A DNA stretch of 48,426 bases, counting the filler, from Circinaria calcarea (lineage: Eukaryota): NCBI GenBank assembly GCA_051942165.1. It is 2 parts of 2 records of this genome, joined end to end, with 100 filler letters (N's around TTAATTAATTAA, not from the genome) between each part and the next. Parts side by side here need not be neighbours in the genome. Positions count along the whole stretch, not along the records: positions 24,267 to 48,426 come from JAVECS010000111.1; 1 more part is not named here. One strand, 5' to 3'. Both the position numbers and the translations under genes were made by a program. Of this stretch, positions 24,287 to 37,640 are shown in pieces (within the stretch, counting starts at the first letter, position 1; each line of letters opens with the position of its first letter). The notes under the pieces were generated by a model. The model had not been told where the DNA came from and did no database searches. It saw only the letters and a program-made list of their open reading frames with translations.

Positions 24287-27271
24287 ATGAGCAGAACAAA
24301 GAGCCGCGGGCGCAAGGGAGTCAGTACGTCCATACTCTCAACAATGCCTGCCTAGTATCTGACTGATGACAGTTCGGCCGCCAAAGAGGTGGTGGTCGTC
24401 GAGGCGGTGGCCGCGGGGGTGGTCAGAGATCTCAACAGGTAGACTACCAGGAGGTTCCGAAACAAAATGAGCTTTTCGAACGCTACTACAATGAATTGGG
24501 CCTCGTCGGCGAGGAGGAGCGCGCTGACTTCTGGGCTGCCTTACGGCGCGAGTTGCCTAATAGCTTCCGCTTTACTGGATCTAAAGGGTGCGTCGTTTTC
24601 CTGTCCGGACTCAGGCCGTGCTAAATCCATTGACAGGCATGCCCTTTCGGTCCAGCAACGTCTGAAAGACCAGTACATTCCGGAAATCATCTCCATCAAG
24701 CACAATGGGGAACTTGTTGAGCCGCCGGTACCATTGCCCTGGTATCCAGATCAGCTAGCATGGCAGATGACCACGCCAAAAGCTGTCATACGAAAGTTCC
24801 CACCTTTTGCATCATTTCAAAAATTCCTCGTTTCGGAGACTAGTGTCGGCAACATAAGCAGGCAGGAGGCGGTTAGTATGATACCGCCGCTACTAATGGA
24901 CGTCAGGCCTGGCATGACCGTTCTGGACTTGTGCGCGGCTCCTGGCAGCAAGGCAGCACAGCTCATTGAAATGGTTCACGGGGGCGAGGAAGAAAGGATG
25001 AGGAAGATCGCGCAAAGAGTAAGGAAGGAGGAAGGACGTGAATCTAGTCCTGATGGCGACAAGATCGAAGGAGAGATGGAAGACGAAGAGTCTGGAGGTG
25101 ATTGGTCAGATGATGGCAGGACGACAGGCCTACTGATCGCCAACGATTCCGATTACAAACGAGCCCACATGCTTATCCATCAAATGAAGCGCCTCAACTC
25201 TCCTAATCTAATAGTCTCGAATCACGATGCTACTTTGTATCCGTCCATCAAGCTTCCGTCTGACCCTGTCCCGGAAGGTAAACAGGAGATAGGCAAGTAC
25301 TTGAAGTTTGACCGCATTCTCGCAGACGTACCATGTTCTGGAGATGGGACTACGCGGAAAAATGTCAACATATGGAAAGAGTGGACTCCAGGAAATTCCC
25401 TGGGACTCTTTACCACGCAAGGAAAAATACTAGTCCGAGCTTTGTCAATGCTGAAGGTCGGCGGTCGTGTCGTCTATTCAACTTGCAGTATGAACCCTGT
25501 CGAGAACGAGGCTGTCGTTGCTAGCGCCATAGATCGATGTGGTGGCTTATCTAAGGTTGAAGTCATCGACTGCAGCAAAGAACTACCGGAATTGAAACGT
25601 CGTCCTGGCCTGGCATCCTGGAAGGTTATGGACAAGCAAGGCAAAATATGGAAGACTTGGCAAGAAGTAGAGAATCATAAAGAGAAAGAAGGCATTGAGG
25701 GCCTAGGTAGGCTTACGGAGGGGATGTTTCCCCCTACGAATGACTCTGACTCGGAAAGAATTCCATTGGAGAGGTGCATGCGGATTTATGGACATATGCA
25801 GGATACTGGAGGATTCTTCATCACTGTATTGGAGAAGAAGTCTGAGATCAAAGCACGATCTGACGGGCAGTCTAAGAAGATCGAGCTAGAGTTGAAATCT
25901 ACTCCGCCAAAATCCACAATAGTTGCAGCAGTTGAGGCGATTGAAGCGATGCCAACGAACAGCTCCAACCCAATTGAGAAAATAGACGCTCTCGATGATA
26001 TAGCGCCACCAGAAGTAGACGACTTGATGGACAACCCATCCGCAGCAGCGAGACAAAATAAAGAAAATGCCGCTAGTGAGCTCATAAGTCCTCGCAAGCA
26101 TGAACTGGACGATATAGCCGATGCCGGCCAATCAGTTAAGCGGCCAAAGTTCCGCGAAGAAATTGACGTAGCAGCTCCGCGAGGTGCGGAGGACAGGCAA
26201 GTCCACTGGCCACCTCCACCGGGAGCTCAATTAGATATTACTCGTCCTGAAAAACAGCCCTTGCCTGAAACAGCTCTACCAGCTAGTCAACATAAGAAGA
26301 AATCCAGTCAACCGTTCGAAGAGCCCTTCAAGTACCTCGATCCCAACCATGAAGAACTACAGACCATCTATGACTTTTACCAACTTCATCCACGATTTCC
26401 TCGAGACCGCTTTATGGTACGAAACGCAACGGGTCATCCCTCCAAAACCATCTACTATTCCTCTGCCCTTGCTCGCGATATCTTGACCGAAAACGAAGGC
26501 AGGGGAATCAAGTTCGTTCATTGCGGTATAAAGATGTTTGTAAAACAAGATGTGCAGAAAGAAGGCGTTTGTAAATGGCGGATTCAAACCGATGGCCTAC
26601 CAATCCTTGAATCTTGGGTCGGAGAGGATAGAGTGGTGAGGTTGCACAGCAGAACGACACTTAGAAAGCTTTTGATTGAAATGTTCCCCAAAGTAGATGG
26701 CATGGGATGGCAAGAACTCGGGGAGATAGGAACGAGAGTTAAGGATGTCGAGATGGGATGTTGTGTTCTAAGGGTTGAGAAAGGTGAGGGAGAAGACAGC
26801 TTCAGGTAAGTCTCCCGAAATGAATTTCGGGCCCGATAAGGCTCTACTGACACAATACTTGACAGTGAACGAATGGTGCTTCCTCTCTGGCGAAGCCTAC
26901 ATTCCTTAAATCTTATGCTCCCAAAAGAAGACCGAAGTGCCATGCTCCTGCGTCTCTACAATGACAGTTCACCGCTCATGGACCACTCGAAAGATAGGTT
27001 TTTGACCAAACAAAATGGAATCAAGAAAGAGACTGAGGCTGCGGGTGAAGTGGTAAAAGACGAGGATGAAGCGATAGAAGATGAGGATGATGACAATGCT
27101 GTAAAGGACGAAGACGAGCCTCCTAAAGCTGACGACGAGGAAGAAGTCGTAGTAGCTGCCGGTCTCGGTCCCAGCGTTGGAGGGCGGGTAGGGGAAAAGG
27201 ACGATATGGACGCTGAGACAGAAGCGGAAAAGGAGGTCAACATGGAGCTTGGCATCGACGATGAAGAATAA
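24287..27271 (+). CDS. NCL1: tRNA (cytosine-C5)-methyltransferase Ncl1/Trm4 (NSUN2 family)
   Basis: ISRQEAVSMIPP, DLCAAPGSK, RILADVPCSGDG, VYSTCSMNPVENEAV, DTGGFFI; RGG-rich first exons; acidic tail. Confidence 0.95.
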
Positions 27272-28232
27272 GGGTCAGTGTGGGTCTCAAGAAAAGTCTA
27301 GGGAAAAAGGCGGGCTTGGAGATAGATCTCTGCATATGTGCTACCATGTTGATACCTAAGAATTAAAGGTAGAAGTTTATCAAGGAAGTACGCTAATTTT
27401 CTACCGTGATGTATGCATGAATTCTGCGTTCTATGCCTCCCCAAGTGAGAATGTTGCCGCATTAGACACGCTCCTCACATATTCTCGAGAAGATCCCTGA
27501 CGTCCAAATCCAAATCCACACACAGTAATCTTCTGTTCCATCTCCTTCTCATCATACTCAACGAGCCCCCAACCTCCCATATCCCAAAACTTCCATCCTA
27601 CCCTCTCCCTCATCTCGCCGTCTCCATTTAGCATGACTCAAACCCTTTCATCCTTCACCATCAACCTTTCTGTTTGTCCATCTCCGGTGTTGATCACCCG
27701 ACGCAGAAATGGAAGTGAAGCTCATGATACGGGAGTCAAACGCTGGGATGACTCCGTTCTGCCCCAATATACCTGGACTTTGACATTTGCTTCGGGGTAG
27801 CACTTTGCTAGTATATTGGCTACGAACTGGACTGGGAAAACCCCATATACGTGTTGAAATGTGTTTGATTTGAAGATAGCTACCAACATCTTAGGATCGG
27901 AGACTCTTTTTCAGAAGAGATACGCTCTACAACCTATCTCGAAGGCCGTCGTTGAAGGGATAGGTAGGGAAGGGAGGAGATAGATGAACATCAGGTACCT
28001 TGCAACCAATTTCAGCATCACAACCGCCTCACGGTAATCTCCCTGACACCCTGCATAAAGATAAAGAGGAGATTTGGCGTTATATCTACCGAGCGTCCAA
28101 CGAATACTCTCCACACCTCCTCCTCAATTACCAACTGTCAAAACCCCCCCGAACTCATCAAACCCGTCCATCCGTCGACCCCACCCGTCTCTCCCCCAAA
28201 AAGAAAGAAAAAAAGAAAAAGCCACTCCAAAT

Positions 28233-28808
28233 ATGTTCGCTTTGAAATTACTCGGCTTCCCCGTCGACCTGATCAAACAGCGAAAGGCCGAAATAATTGC
28301 CCGAGAACGACAACGCGCCATCCGACGGAGCATCGCACGTGAAGCCCGGTTGCAACACCTAAACGCCGATGCACACCCGCCACCACCCACACGGCATCGT
28401 CCGGGGACCCATCCGGGGTCGCAGCAGCCGGAAAGTATTGGTCGAGGCCATCATGGTGGCTCGTCAAGGGCTAGCAGCCGTGCGCCGCCCTCCCATCACG
28501 CCGGCTCCTCGCGCTCCGGAAGCCGCACGCCCTCTCATCGCTCCGACTACTCCTCCCACCATCCAACTTCCTCCCACCACCCCTCATCCTACCACCCTAC
28601 TTCCTCCAGCTCCTCCGGCCATGGCAGCCGCTCCTCTAGCCGCGCTCCTAGTACGCATGCATCCGAATCCGCCAGCCACTACGGCAGCGGGCGTCGTGGT
28701 GGCAGTCGGGCTCCGGGAGGGTTCGATCGCAGGGGAGGACCGCCGCCGGCGATGACGAATGGAGGGAGAAGGAATAGGCCTGGGATTCGGAGTGGAACTT
28801 TGTTTTAA
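28233..28808 (+). CDS. Orphan Ser/His/Arg/Gly-rich low-complexity protein (paralog A)
   Basis: Intronless ORF from ATG 28233 (MFALKLLGFP...); shares its C-terminal region with the neighbour at 29336. Confidence 0.65.
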   Translation: MFALKLLGFPVDLIKQRKAEIIARERQRAIRRSIAREARLQHLNADAHPPPPTRHRPGTHPGSQQPESIGRGHHGGSSRASSRAPPSHHAGSSRSGSRTPSHRSDYSSHHPTSSHHPSSYHPTSSSSSGHGSRSSSRAPSTHASESASHYGSGRRGGSRAPGGFDRRGGPPPAMTNGGRRNRPGIRSGTLF

Positions 28809-29335
28809 TGGTGGAGGCTAGCGAAAAAGGGGTGGGAGGAGAAATCCGAGATTTTCTGTACGTGCGTGCATGCTTGCGTGCTGGAACCTGAGAGGTTCAT
28901 GTTTTTTTGGCGGATTGCTGAGAGAATTCTGGAATTTTCCCGAAGGGGGAGCCTTGGAGTAGAGGGAATGATGGGCCTGGGTATCGATGACACGACCCGG
29001 AAAGATGTGAATCTCGTTGACGTGGGAGTCAAGGCTGGGGTGACTCTTGTTGCTCGACTTGAAGGAGAACCTCAATACCTGCTTCTTCGTAATACTCTGC
29101 TTGTATCTTACTGCACACTGAAAAGGAAACCCAGAGGAGATTTGCCATATCAAGCATTCACTTCACATCTACCTATCTACCTCCCAATACAGCCATAAGA
29201 ACACAGAAACATACTCTCCCAGCCCCTCCCTCCTGAAACCATCAAAATCCATCCTATCCCATCCAAGCCAAACGCCGCCCACACCACCAAATCCCTCCAA
29301 CAACACATCAAACCTGCATCTCCCACACAATCACA

Positions 29336-30001
29336 ATGGGCCTCATCAACTGGCTTGGCCTGCCCACCCGCGAGGACAGGGTCTACACCCGAGCCCTCAA
29401 ACGCTGGGAGCGAGACTGCGTCGCCGGGCGCGCTGAAGCAGCCCGCCAATACCGCCTCGCACATCCACCCGGGACAAGAAGCCAATGGGGAACCGCAGAC
29501 TCGGATTCGGAACGAGATGTCGCACCAATGGTTTTAACTCCATGTTACTGGGGGAGCAAATATCTGCGCGCAGGGTGGGCGAGGATCCCGGTAGAGTACT
29601 GGCCGCCTGAGCGGAGACTGATGGCAGGGTATCATCTCTACCCACCGCACCAGGGGGGATCGAGGGCGGCGAGTCGTGCGCCCTCCAATCATGATGGATC
29701 TGGAGTTTCTAGTCGTGCTCCGTCCTACCACTCCTCGCATCCTTCCTCGTACCACTCCCACCGCCCCGGTTCCTTCCGCTCCAGTAATCGTGCACCCTCT
29801 CAGCACCCAAGATCTTCCCGCTCTTCACGCCCCGGAAGCCGCTCCAGCAGTCAAGCCCCTACTATCCATCCCGCCGACTCAGCGAGTAACTACAGCGGTG
29901 GGCGTCGGGCTCCAGGGGATTTTAATCGTAGAGGTGGACCGCCGTTGGCGATGATGAATGAGGGAAGGCGGAATACGGGTAGGAGTGGGACTTCGTTTTG
30001 A
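29336..30001 (+). CDS. Orphan Ser/His/Arg/Gly-rich low-complexity protein (paralog B)
   Basis: Intronless 221-aa ORF with CACAATGG start context; C-terminus alignable to paralog A. Confidence 0.7.
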   Translation: MGLINWLGLPTREDRVYTRALKRWERDCVAGRAEAARQYRLAHPPGTRSQWGTADSDSERDVAPMVLTPCYWGSKYLRAGWARIPVEYWPPERRLMAGYHLYPPHQGGSRAASRAPSNHDGSGVSSRAPSYHSSHPSSYHSHRPGSFRSSNRAPSQHPRSSRSSRPGSRSSSQAPTIHPADSASNYSGGRRAPGDFNRRGGPPLAMMNEGRRNTGRSGTSF

Positions 30002-30750
30002 TTCCGAGAAGGGGGCCGGGGGGAGAAGGGGTATAGATTTGGTTGTGTATGTTTGCGTGCGTGCTTGTTGGGTCTTCTTTGGTTCCTGTGGACGTTTGGC
30101 GGATTGTGTAAAAGCACTCCCAATTACGACTTAGGAGTAAGGGTCGATGCTGAGAAATACTCTTTTTTCGGACCCGCTCAGGCTACAGATTGAGTAGAAT
30201 ATCTGAAAAGAGTCAACTGGACTTTACTCATCGTATCGTAGTAAAGGAGAGTCAAAGTAGATCATTAGGGTTGGGCAATAGGAACTTATAGAAGAGAACG
30301 TTGACTAATCAAATGACAAAAGGAAGCCCAGCTGACAATGTGTGATTGAGAAGAAGGTACGCTTCTGATGAATTAAGGTATAGGAGGGTAAAGTCATCAT
30401 TTATAGGCAATAAAGGCTGTATTAGAGAAACAGTTATAAAAGGTGAAGCGGTCTAAGGGGATAACAACGTAACTGACCGGTTAAGGACTGTTCCCGGAAT
30501 TTTTGGCGGTTCATCCGTAGAAAATCAACGAGTCAGAGCTGCATGGGTTGTGGATATTCAAATGAATGATAGGCAAGCTTGAGACTGAGATGGGTGGTTT
30601 GTGGTTCTTGTTTCCCCTGGGTCGGGGACCATATAGCGAGGAGACCGTAAACAGTCACAGTTTCGCAGCAGCTGACTAAACCACGCGGTTTTGTAACTTA
30701 AAGCTTCCATGTAACGAAAGAGAGCTTACTCCGCAGCGGAATGCATGCAT

Positions 30751-32001
30751 TCAATTCCACCAAAAGCTAACGCTGATGCTAACCGTTAGGCTGCGTACAT
30801 AGTGCCACCAACCCACCGGTATGTATAGACACTCGCCTTCATTCAATATGGTCTCCATATACTCTGCTTCTGCAAACAGCGGAAATTCGCCATCGGAATC
30901 TTCTTCCAGGTTCATCTCTATGTTCTCGGCCTCCACCCGGCTAGTGTTAGTCATATCAATGCCGTCCTCTGTAATACCCCTGGGATACAGCTTTGAGGTT
31001 TCGTGAGGACTGTAAAGACGGACGTACTTCTTCCCCACGACTTGACATAGGATATTGTGGTACGGATCTGTGTGTAGCGATGATATGGTGCCTGCAGGTC
31101 CTAGCCATATCTTTGCCAGTGGTGTTTCGAGATGTGGAATCGTTGTGTTGGCAAGAGGTGTCCCAGGGGCAGGTGGAGGTGGATGTGTGGAGCAGAATAT
31201 AGGAGTTATGATGTCGTTCCGTAAATCCGGTATTTGGGAGAAAAGATCGTGTTGGGCGAGATAGCCTAATTCCCCGCTGCTTGCCGTAATGAGGTAATTA
31301 CTTATAAAGTCTCGAAAAGGCATGATTGCTTGACCAAAGTTGTCGTCGGTATAGCTACGACCAAGTTCTATGGGAACAAGACGTCTGCCGCCGAATGTCT
31401 TGGATAGGAGGTAAGCTGGATTGCTCCACAATCGGTCTTTTAGAGCTGGCCAGAGTGATAGCACCCCGGTCAGCACGATAGGCGTATTGGTCTTTAGGTG
31501 CGTCTGAAAATCAGATAGTGCCATTGTAGCCGGGCGAACGGGGTATTCAATCTGGGGAGCTCTGTAGCTTTCGCGTGGAAAGATGTTATCGATCGGTTCG
31601 CAATCCCTAGAATGTGCGCACTCATCAACATGCCGCTGGAGCTTTGAAAAGATTTGCTCAATCAGTTCCTCACGGCGAGGAGCTCTAGTCATGATCAGGG
31701 CCATATCAAGCGTCTTTACGATATTGTTCAGCCAGTTCGCTGGGAAGTCATGCTGCGGTCTCTGTAGATGGATCCTGAACAACAGGATAGCTTTGCGGAT
31801 ACAGGCATCAGTATATAGCCGTTTCCAACATTCTTGGACATCCTTGAAGGGAAAGACATGTAACTTCTCGTGTGCATGTCGAAGGAGAATCTCAGGCGGC
31901 AGGCTTAACTGCAGACCACCTTCCGAGAAACACTCGGCGATTGAATCATCACTTTCTAGCTCTCCTAAAGCTCCCATGATCTGGTCATACCATTCTTCCA
32001 T
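30751..32001 (-). CDS. JmjC-domain 2-oxoglutarate oxygenase (JMJD5/KDM8-like)
   Basis: GRRLVPIELGRSYTDD, GYLAQHDLFSQIPDLRNDI, HxD...H triad in LHTDPYHN...GWWHYVRSL. Confidence 0.92.
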   Translation of the reverse strand: MEEWYDQIMGALGELESDDSIAECFSEGGLQLSLPPEILLRHAHEKLHVFPFKDVQECWKRLYTDACIRKAILLFRIHLQRPQHDFPANWLNNIVKTLDMALIMTRAPRREELIEQIFSKLQRHVDECAHSRDCEPIDNIFPRESYRAPQIEYPVRPATMALSDFQTHLKTNTPIVLTGVLSLWPALKDRLWSNPAYLLSKTFGGRRLVPIELGRSYTDDNFGQAIMPFRDFISNYLITASSGELGYLAQHDLFSQIPDLRNDIITPIFCSTHPPPPAPGTPLANTTIPHLETPLAKIWLGPAGTISSLHTDPYHNILCQVVGKKYVRLYSPHETSKLYPRGITEDGIDMTNTSRVEAENIEMNLEEDSDGEFPLFAEAEYMETILNEGECLYIPVGWWHYVRSLTVSISVSFWWN

Positions 32002-32839
32002 AGCTCGTAAAATGCGGGTAGGTACACAGTCAACTTGAGGAACCCATAGAGCCTAGCGATTACACCGTCTTCATGGTAGCTATCTAGAAAAACCATTATA
32101 TGAGGAAATTATTCCTAATATGAGTCTGATTCCATTCACCGCTAAGCCCGACTAGTATAGGTAAGGTTTTTCTTTATCATCATCGAACGCTGATGTATCC
32201 GCGGGGCAAACAAATCAAAGCCCACTGCTGCTCTCCTTTGCTCTCGGGAGCTGTGAGCGCTACGCCCCCCAAGCCTCCATTGCTATAGGGTCGCTAGTGT
32301 GCAATGAACGCCCGTGACATCTAATATCGGTGACTCCTGCATAAAGAAATAAATGTCACGTGCGTTTTGTTGGTTGCCTGAGTCTTCGTTTCGTTTAAGA
32401 TTGCCATGTTGGTATGTGGTGTGCCCCGAGCTGCATATCGACTTAGCCATACGTTCAGGAACTGGCTAAATTGGTGCCGCTTGAGTATCAGTTACAGGAA
32501 CTTACTGAGGCTTTCATTCACTTATTTGGATTGGATAGGCAAAAGAAGTTTGCTCCCACCCACCCTGTAAAAGGGGTTTTCTGGCAGCCTTAGGGTGATC
32601 TTGAAACCATGCAACTCGTTGACATTGTTACTAGGCGTCTATACATTGCCACAATCGCACTGAGTTCTATATCGAACCTTTCTAGCAACCTGAATTTCTC
32701 TCACCTGCTTCGAGGCTCAATCCTGAAGGACGCGTGCATTCATGCGTCGGGTTTGAATAATTAAAGCAGCTTCCTCCCGGCTGATCTTCATCCTTGCTAG
32801 TCTTTGCTCATTCAACTTTTGTTTTTGCGTCTAATCACT

Positions 32840-34686
32840 ATGGCTACCCGTCTACCGTCCGACTGTTCCTTTCCTGATTTCCCTCCGCCTGAATTGTCGT
32901 CTCTGCAGGCTAATCCGGACCTTGCTGGCATAGGAGTAAGTCATAGTCGGGATTTGGCTCGAAGGTGTCATGATACTTTCCACGCTTGCCTGCTAATCAA
33001 AGCTATGTCCGAAGGTTCTCATTGGATTTGTGGCAACTGCATATCTTACTTTGATCTTGGTTATTATCCAGTTTCTTTTGGACCGTACACCAAGTTCCTC
33101 TCTCAATCCTGTTGACCACGGGATCATTACTGTTGTACAAACCAAGCTTCGCTTCAAGACTTCAAAAGACTGGGGCCCAGTGCTCCAGCGCGGAATTCTT
33201 ATTTTTAGTGATCAACAGCTTGTGACCGGTATCGCCATACTCTCTGGAGGCTTTTCTCAACTCAAAAGTGGTATTGCTATGTACTACTGGCAAATCATTG
33301 TTGAGCTCGCATGGTTCTCATCGATAACCCACCTCACAACCCTCATCATACTTCGGCAGTACTTTCGAAAGAGTCCCGTGGTACGTTGGTGGAGGGTTGT
33401 CCTGATGCTGACTTTAGCTGTGATGCAAGTCGCAGCTCTAGTCCCAATAGGGCATAGAGACTGGTCTTTCTTATATGCCTACCAAGCTGATACTCCTGCT
33501 ATATGCCTCTTCCCAGCCTCGTCTTTGCATCGAGACTCCCTTTGGGACAGCCAACTTGCTGAGTGGGAGGAAATGCATTTTGATTTTGTTATCTCTCTTG
33601 TCTATTTAATAATAAGCTACACGACAAGGATCATAAAACTCTCTCAACGTAGCTCGACTATCACACGACGATGGCTGCGGCAATTCCCGGGAAATAAGTT
33701 GAAGGCTGTATTGGAGGTGCTTTATAATCAGTCTCAAACACGCCGTCCACAAATTTTCTGGGTACTGCTCTACAGGTCCACGTTAATAACCTTTACACTT
33801 TCCCTAGCAATGGCAGATGTGTATGAGTCAGTCCTCTGGGAGGTATGTTAATATTGTTGATGGAATGACTATAGAACCAAAGAGCTGTTTGCTTACTTTG
33901 TCGCATGAATAACAATTGCCTAGATAATTTGGCTGATCTCGGCACTCATATTGGGCACATATAAACTCATCAAAACCCGCAACCGGACTCCAATCGGGGG
34001 ACCATTTTCGGGATCAAGCGATAATAGCTGCGCATTTGGACAATGGGTACCTGTCTTGTACTTAGGATTACCACTTCTGAGTATTCTAGAAACTTTTCAA
34101 GGTAGGAGATGGGCAGGTGAGGCTTATATAGAAATGCTAACGTTTCTCAGGGGTCTGGCCAGATTTGGAGCAACAAATACAAGCTCGCCAATTCGGTAAT
34201 GATAACGATGATGGTGGGTTCCAGATGGTTGGAAGCGAGCCCCCTTTGATCGGGCACTTATCGCCACAAGACGCCCAGTATAGCCCTTATCCCCAGGACA
34301 TATATCGGTACATCTGGTTCCGTGGGCTTATCATTCTAATCCTATTGCTTAGTTTTGAGTGCATCTTCTCGGTTCTTCTGCTTTATTACGTTAATATCAC
34401 AAGTTTTGATCAACAAACTTTCATTTCCACCTTCATCATCAATCCACTATGGATGGGTACGATTCTTATCGTTTATACAACAATATTTGTTTCCACGGAG
34501 GCATTGAAGCCAGGTCTCAGAGAGCTAGCTGCCAATCGTAGACAATCGAGAAGCTTTTTCAACTGCAATTACCACTACTATATTACTCATTTCATGGTAC
34601 TTCTGGGTGTTGGTGGAATGATTCCTGGGATTCTGTTTTTCAAAGTTCATGGATATAGTCTTATAGAGCAGCTAAAGCGGAGATGA
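32840..34686 (+). CDS. Fungal multi-pass membrane protein of unknown function
   Basis: Four exons; recurring fungal family motifs ANPDLAGIGV, SDQQLVTGIAIL, YYWQIIVELAWFSSITHL, FGQWVPVL. Confidence 0.8.
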
Positions 34687-36522
34687 GACCTTCCATAAAG
34701 GGAAGTATAATATTAATGCTATAGCCTCCACTTTAAACGCGCCTCATAACCGCCAATGGTGGTATTTCATGATTTAATTCAGTCACCTTTCAACTCATTT
34801 AAGTAGCCAATCTAGAGCCGGCAGACTGCCCTCCACTACAAAGATTCGCTCCTCTGGAACATAAGGTGAGAGTCCTTCACCTGTCGCTTATTGGTACCTA
34901 TCGTAAGTAACGCCCCTGTATCCCAGATGATCTATTGAAATACGCAGCTCTCTTTCATTTGGCCCTCTGGAGTGCTCCGGCCTCCTACGCAACTCTGCCA
35001 TCTGGAGGATACTCTGGACCTCGTTGTTGCAGAAAGTCATCCGAAAAATCTCCCATAACCAATCCACAGCAGCTCTACTTCAGAACACGCCCTTTACCCT
35101 TCGTGGACTACAAAGCTCCATCTCCGTCCATGCCATTTGCGAACGAGAATGAAACTAGAATTAGCAAACATCGGTCGGGTTAATAGGTCTCATTAGCATA
35201 TACGGCGTCGGGATGTCGAGGCGAATAGGAGAGGGGAAAAACTGGGTGTTGTTGGAGTTTTGGTGTTATCGGTATGAGTTGAGAGGAGAGGGGACGGAAA
35301 AAGGGTACAGTAACGAAGGTTGCTTGGGAACAGGACAGAGGTCCTATCAAACCGTTGGAAGTCATAGGGCTTACCGAATCACGTGTTATCTACGAGTAAT
35401 GCGTGGTCCATGCTCCACAATCTCCACATACCTCATAAAGCACTTTTTCGTAGTATAGGTAGTTTAGTTACATACACATAACATTTCATACATGTGTGGA
35501 GGAATAGGTGCTCCGCTATGATCCTAAGGTATAGGCAAAGACGCTGTCGAGAATGGGTAGCGAGGGTCTGAATAGTGAAGAATCAAAGGGTATAAAACAT
35601 GGACTGAATGCTACAGTATAGTGCGTGTATAGAGAAGATATCAGGACCGGTTTCAGTATTGCATTTCTGACTGCTATGCTGCTCTTCTGCTCTGCTGTGT
35701 TTGAAAAAGTATGTATGTGTCCTCCATGCCTGCCTGCCCATTCCAAATGCGCGCCCAGTTACTAGTCGCCTTAGCTCCACCACACATGCTGTTATACATG
35801 CTCCTCAACACAAACCTGATGCAGGTTCAATTAGAACAAGTTTCTATGATGTCGGCGGGGACCAAGACCATCTCGACTCGGAAAAAAAGAGAAGAAGACG
35901 AGGGTGAAGAGGACCATATTATTGGGATCAAAAAACGAGTTCATAGATTATAAGTTTATGAGTCAAGAAAAAAGGAAAAGTGTATACGACTACAAAGTAC
36001 GTGATCTGGCCATCAGCAGTGAGATGATTCGCTTGATATAAAATTGTGGAAAATTTACCAGTACGTGAAAATAGACAAATGAGATAGGATAAGCGATTAC
36101 TTGATACCATAAGATAGCAAAGACAGACCAAGCGCCTAAAATTTGCAACTGGTAAACATACCCGTATTTCCCCGGACCTTCAGCTACTACTGCTTCAGAT
36201 CTTCCCCTTTTCGCTAGGATCTGATCTCCTGCATCGCGCAGCCTTCACACCTTTCGATCTGTGCACAAAGGGTAAACCAATGTTTGTGGAATCGGTTCCG
36301 TGTCAAGAGTGGTTTCGGGTGATGTTCAATATGCGAAAGCATTGCTAGTAGCGAGCCATATATGTCGGGCAGATAACATTGGACCGTTGATACTTAAAAG
36401 AAGTATAGAAAGCAGGGTTCTCTTTGCTTGGTAAACTGCTACGTAAGAACCTAACATTTGGTCATTTTCTACTTCCTCTCTCTAAATTCCTTCTCAATTG
36501 AAATACTTCTAATTTCCTCGCT

Positions 36523-37170
36523 ATGCGCCTAACCGTCCCCCCTTTTCTCACGCTGATCATTCTCGCTTCCTTATTTTCTTCCCCCGGCCACGCCTGGTCC
36601 ACGACAATCAAACTCGAATGGCAACATCCTCACGCACCGCCCGACCGGTCGGACTTATCCCTCACCACTGCTTACTGTACCGCCGTACCCCCGGGACACT
36701 GCTGCGCAGGTATACCCGGCATGGGAGCGACCCTAGGGACTTTCCACGCCTTGCCGGACGGCGCCATTGCCGCATTCTGGCAGTCTCCGGGCCCCGGGGT
36801 CTTTTCCTGGACGAGACGGACAGCATGCAGCGGACGCGTCTTGGATGCTCGTGTCGGTGGCCCGCTGTGGATATACCAGGCTCCACTGTCCGTCCAAATT
36901 GCGGGAGCGAGTTACATTCAGTGTCCGTCAAGAACGGTAGCGACTGCGCAGAACGCGGGCATGGGATGGTTGGGGATCTTGCTGGGGTTTTGTACCAGGG
37001 GAAGCAGGAAGAGGGGTGCCGCTCCCGGTGTTGTCATAAAGTCGACGTGGACCTATCCGGATATCATGCAAGTAAATGGGACAAATTATACCAATCATAT
37101 GGCGGGTTTGATATACAAGGATTGGCAAGGCAGGCGGCTTGACTTGGAGTCTTTGCGTCTACATATATGA
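36523..37170 (+). CDS. Small secreted Cys-rich protein, unknown function
   Basis: Signal peptide MRLTVPPFLTLIILASLFSSPGHA; CTAVPPGHCC, GASYIQC, dibasic RKR site, WTYPDIMQVNGTNY. Confidence 0.75.
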   Translation: MRLTVPPFLTLIILASLFSSPGHAWSTTIKLEWQHPHAPPDRSDLSLTTAYCTAVPPGHCCAGIPGMGATLGTFHALPDGAIAAFWQSPGPGVFSWTRRTACSGRVLDARVGGPLWIYQAPLSVQIAGASYIQCPSRTVATAQNAGMGWLGILLGFCTRGSRKRGAAPGVVIKSTWTYPDIMQVNGTNYTNHMAGLIYKDWQGRRLDLESLRLHI

Positions 37171-37640
37171 TTGGCGCGAAAAGATTGCCATTTCTTCAGT
37201 AACTCGAGGAGCGGACTGAATGGGAAACTACTGGGTGTCTGGTCTAGGATAAACAACACTGACAAAGGAGTACGAACAACATTACTCCTGGATACAATGC
37301 TGCTCCTGCAGAACATGCTGCAACTCATGGTACATTAAGCCAAAATGACTACACCAGGACATCAGCTAGGACAGTTTGTACAATTGAACCGAGGAGAATA
37401 GAGACACAGAACATATCGAAATATAAAGAAAAAGATTCTACTGAGCACGCTAATTGGAGAAATAAATAGGATAATGTAGGGATGGATGGATGAAGGTGGT
37501 GGGTGAAGGTAGGGCTAACCGCTTGATACCGTCAATGAAAACGGAGGCAGGCGGAGTAATGTTATTTGAATCCTAAATGGCGGCAATTGAAGTAAAAACC
37601 GCTTAGCTCAATAACATATATACTTTGGCTGATGTCAAGT

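Noticed and set aside
27431..27860. Minus-strand 67-aa ORF and small hairpin
   Set aside because: Upstream frames are broken by stops and no family is recognisable
34800..36130. Several 60-82 aa ORFs and an isolated branch/acceptor signal near 35160
   Set aside because: Could not assemble a gene; no motif support
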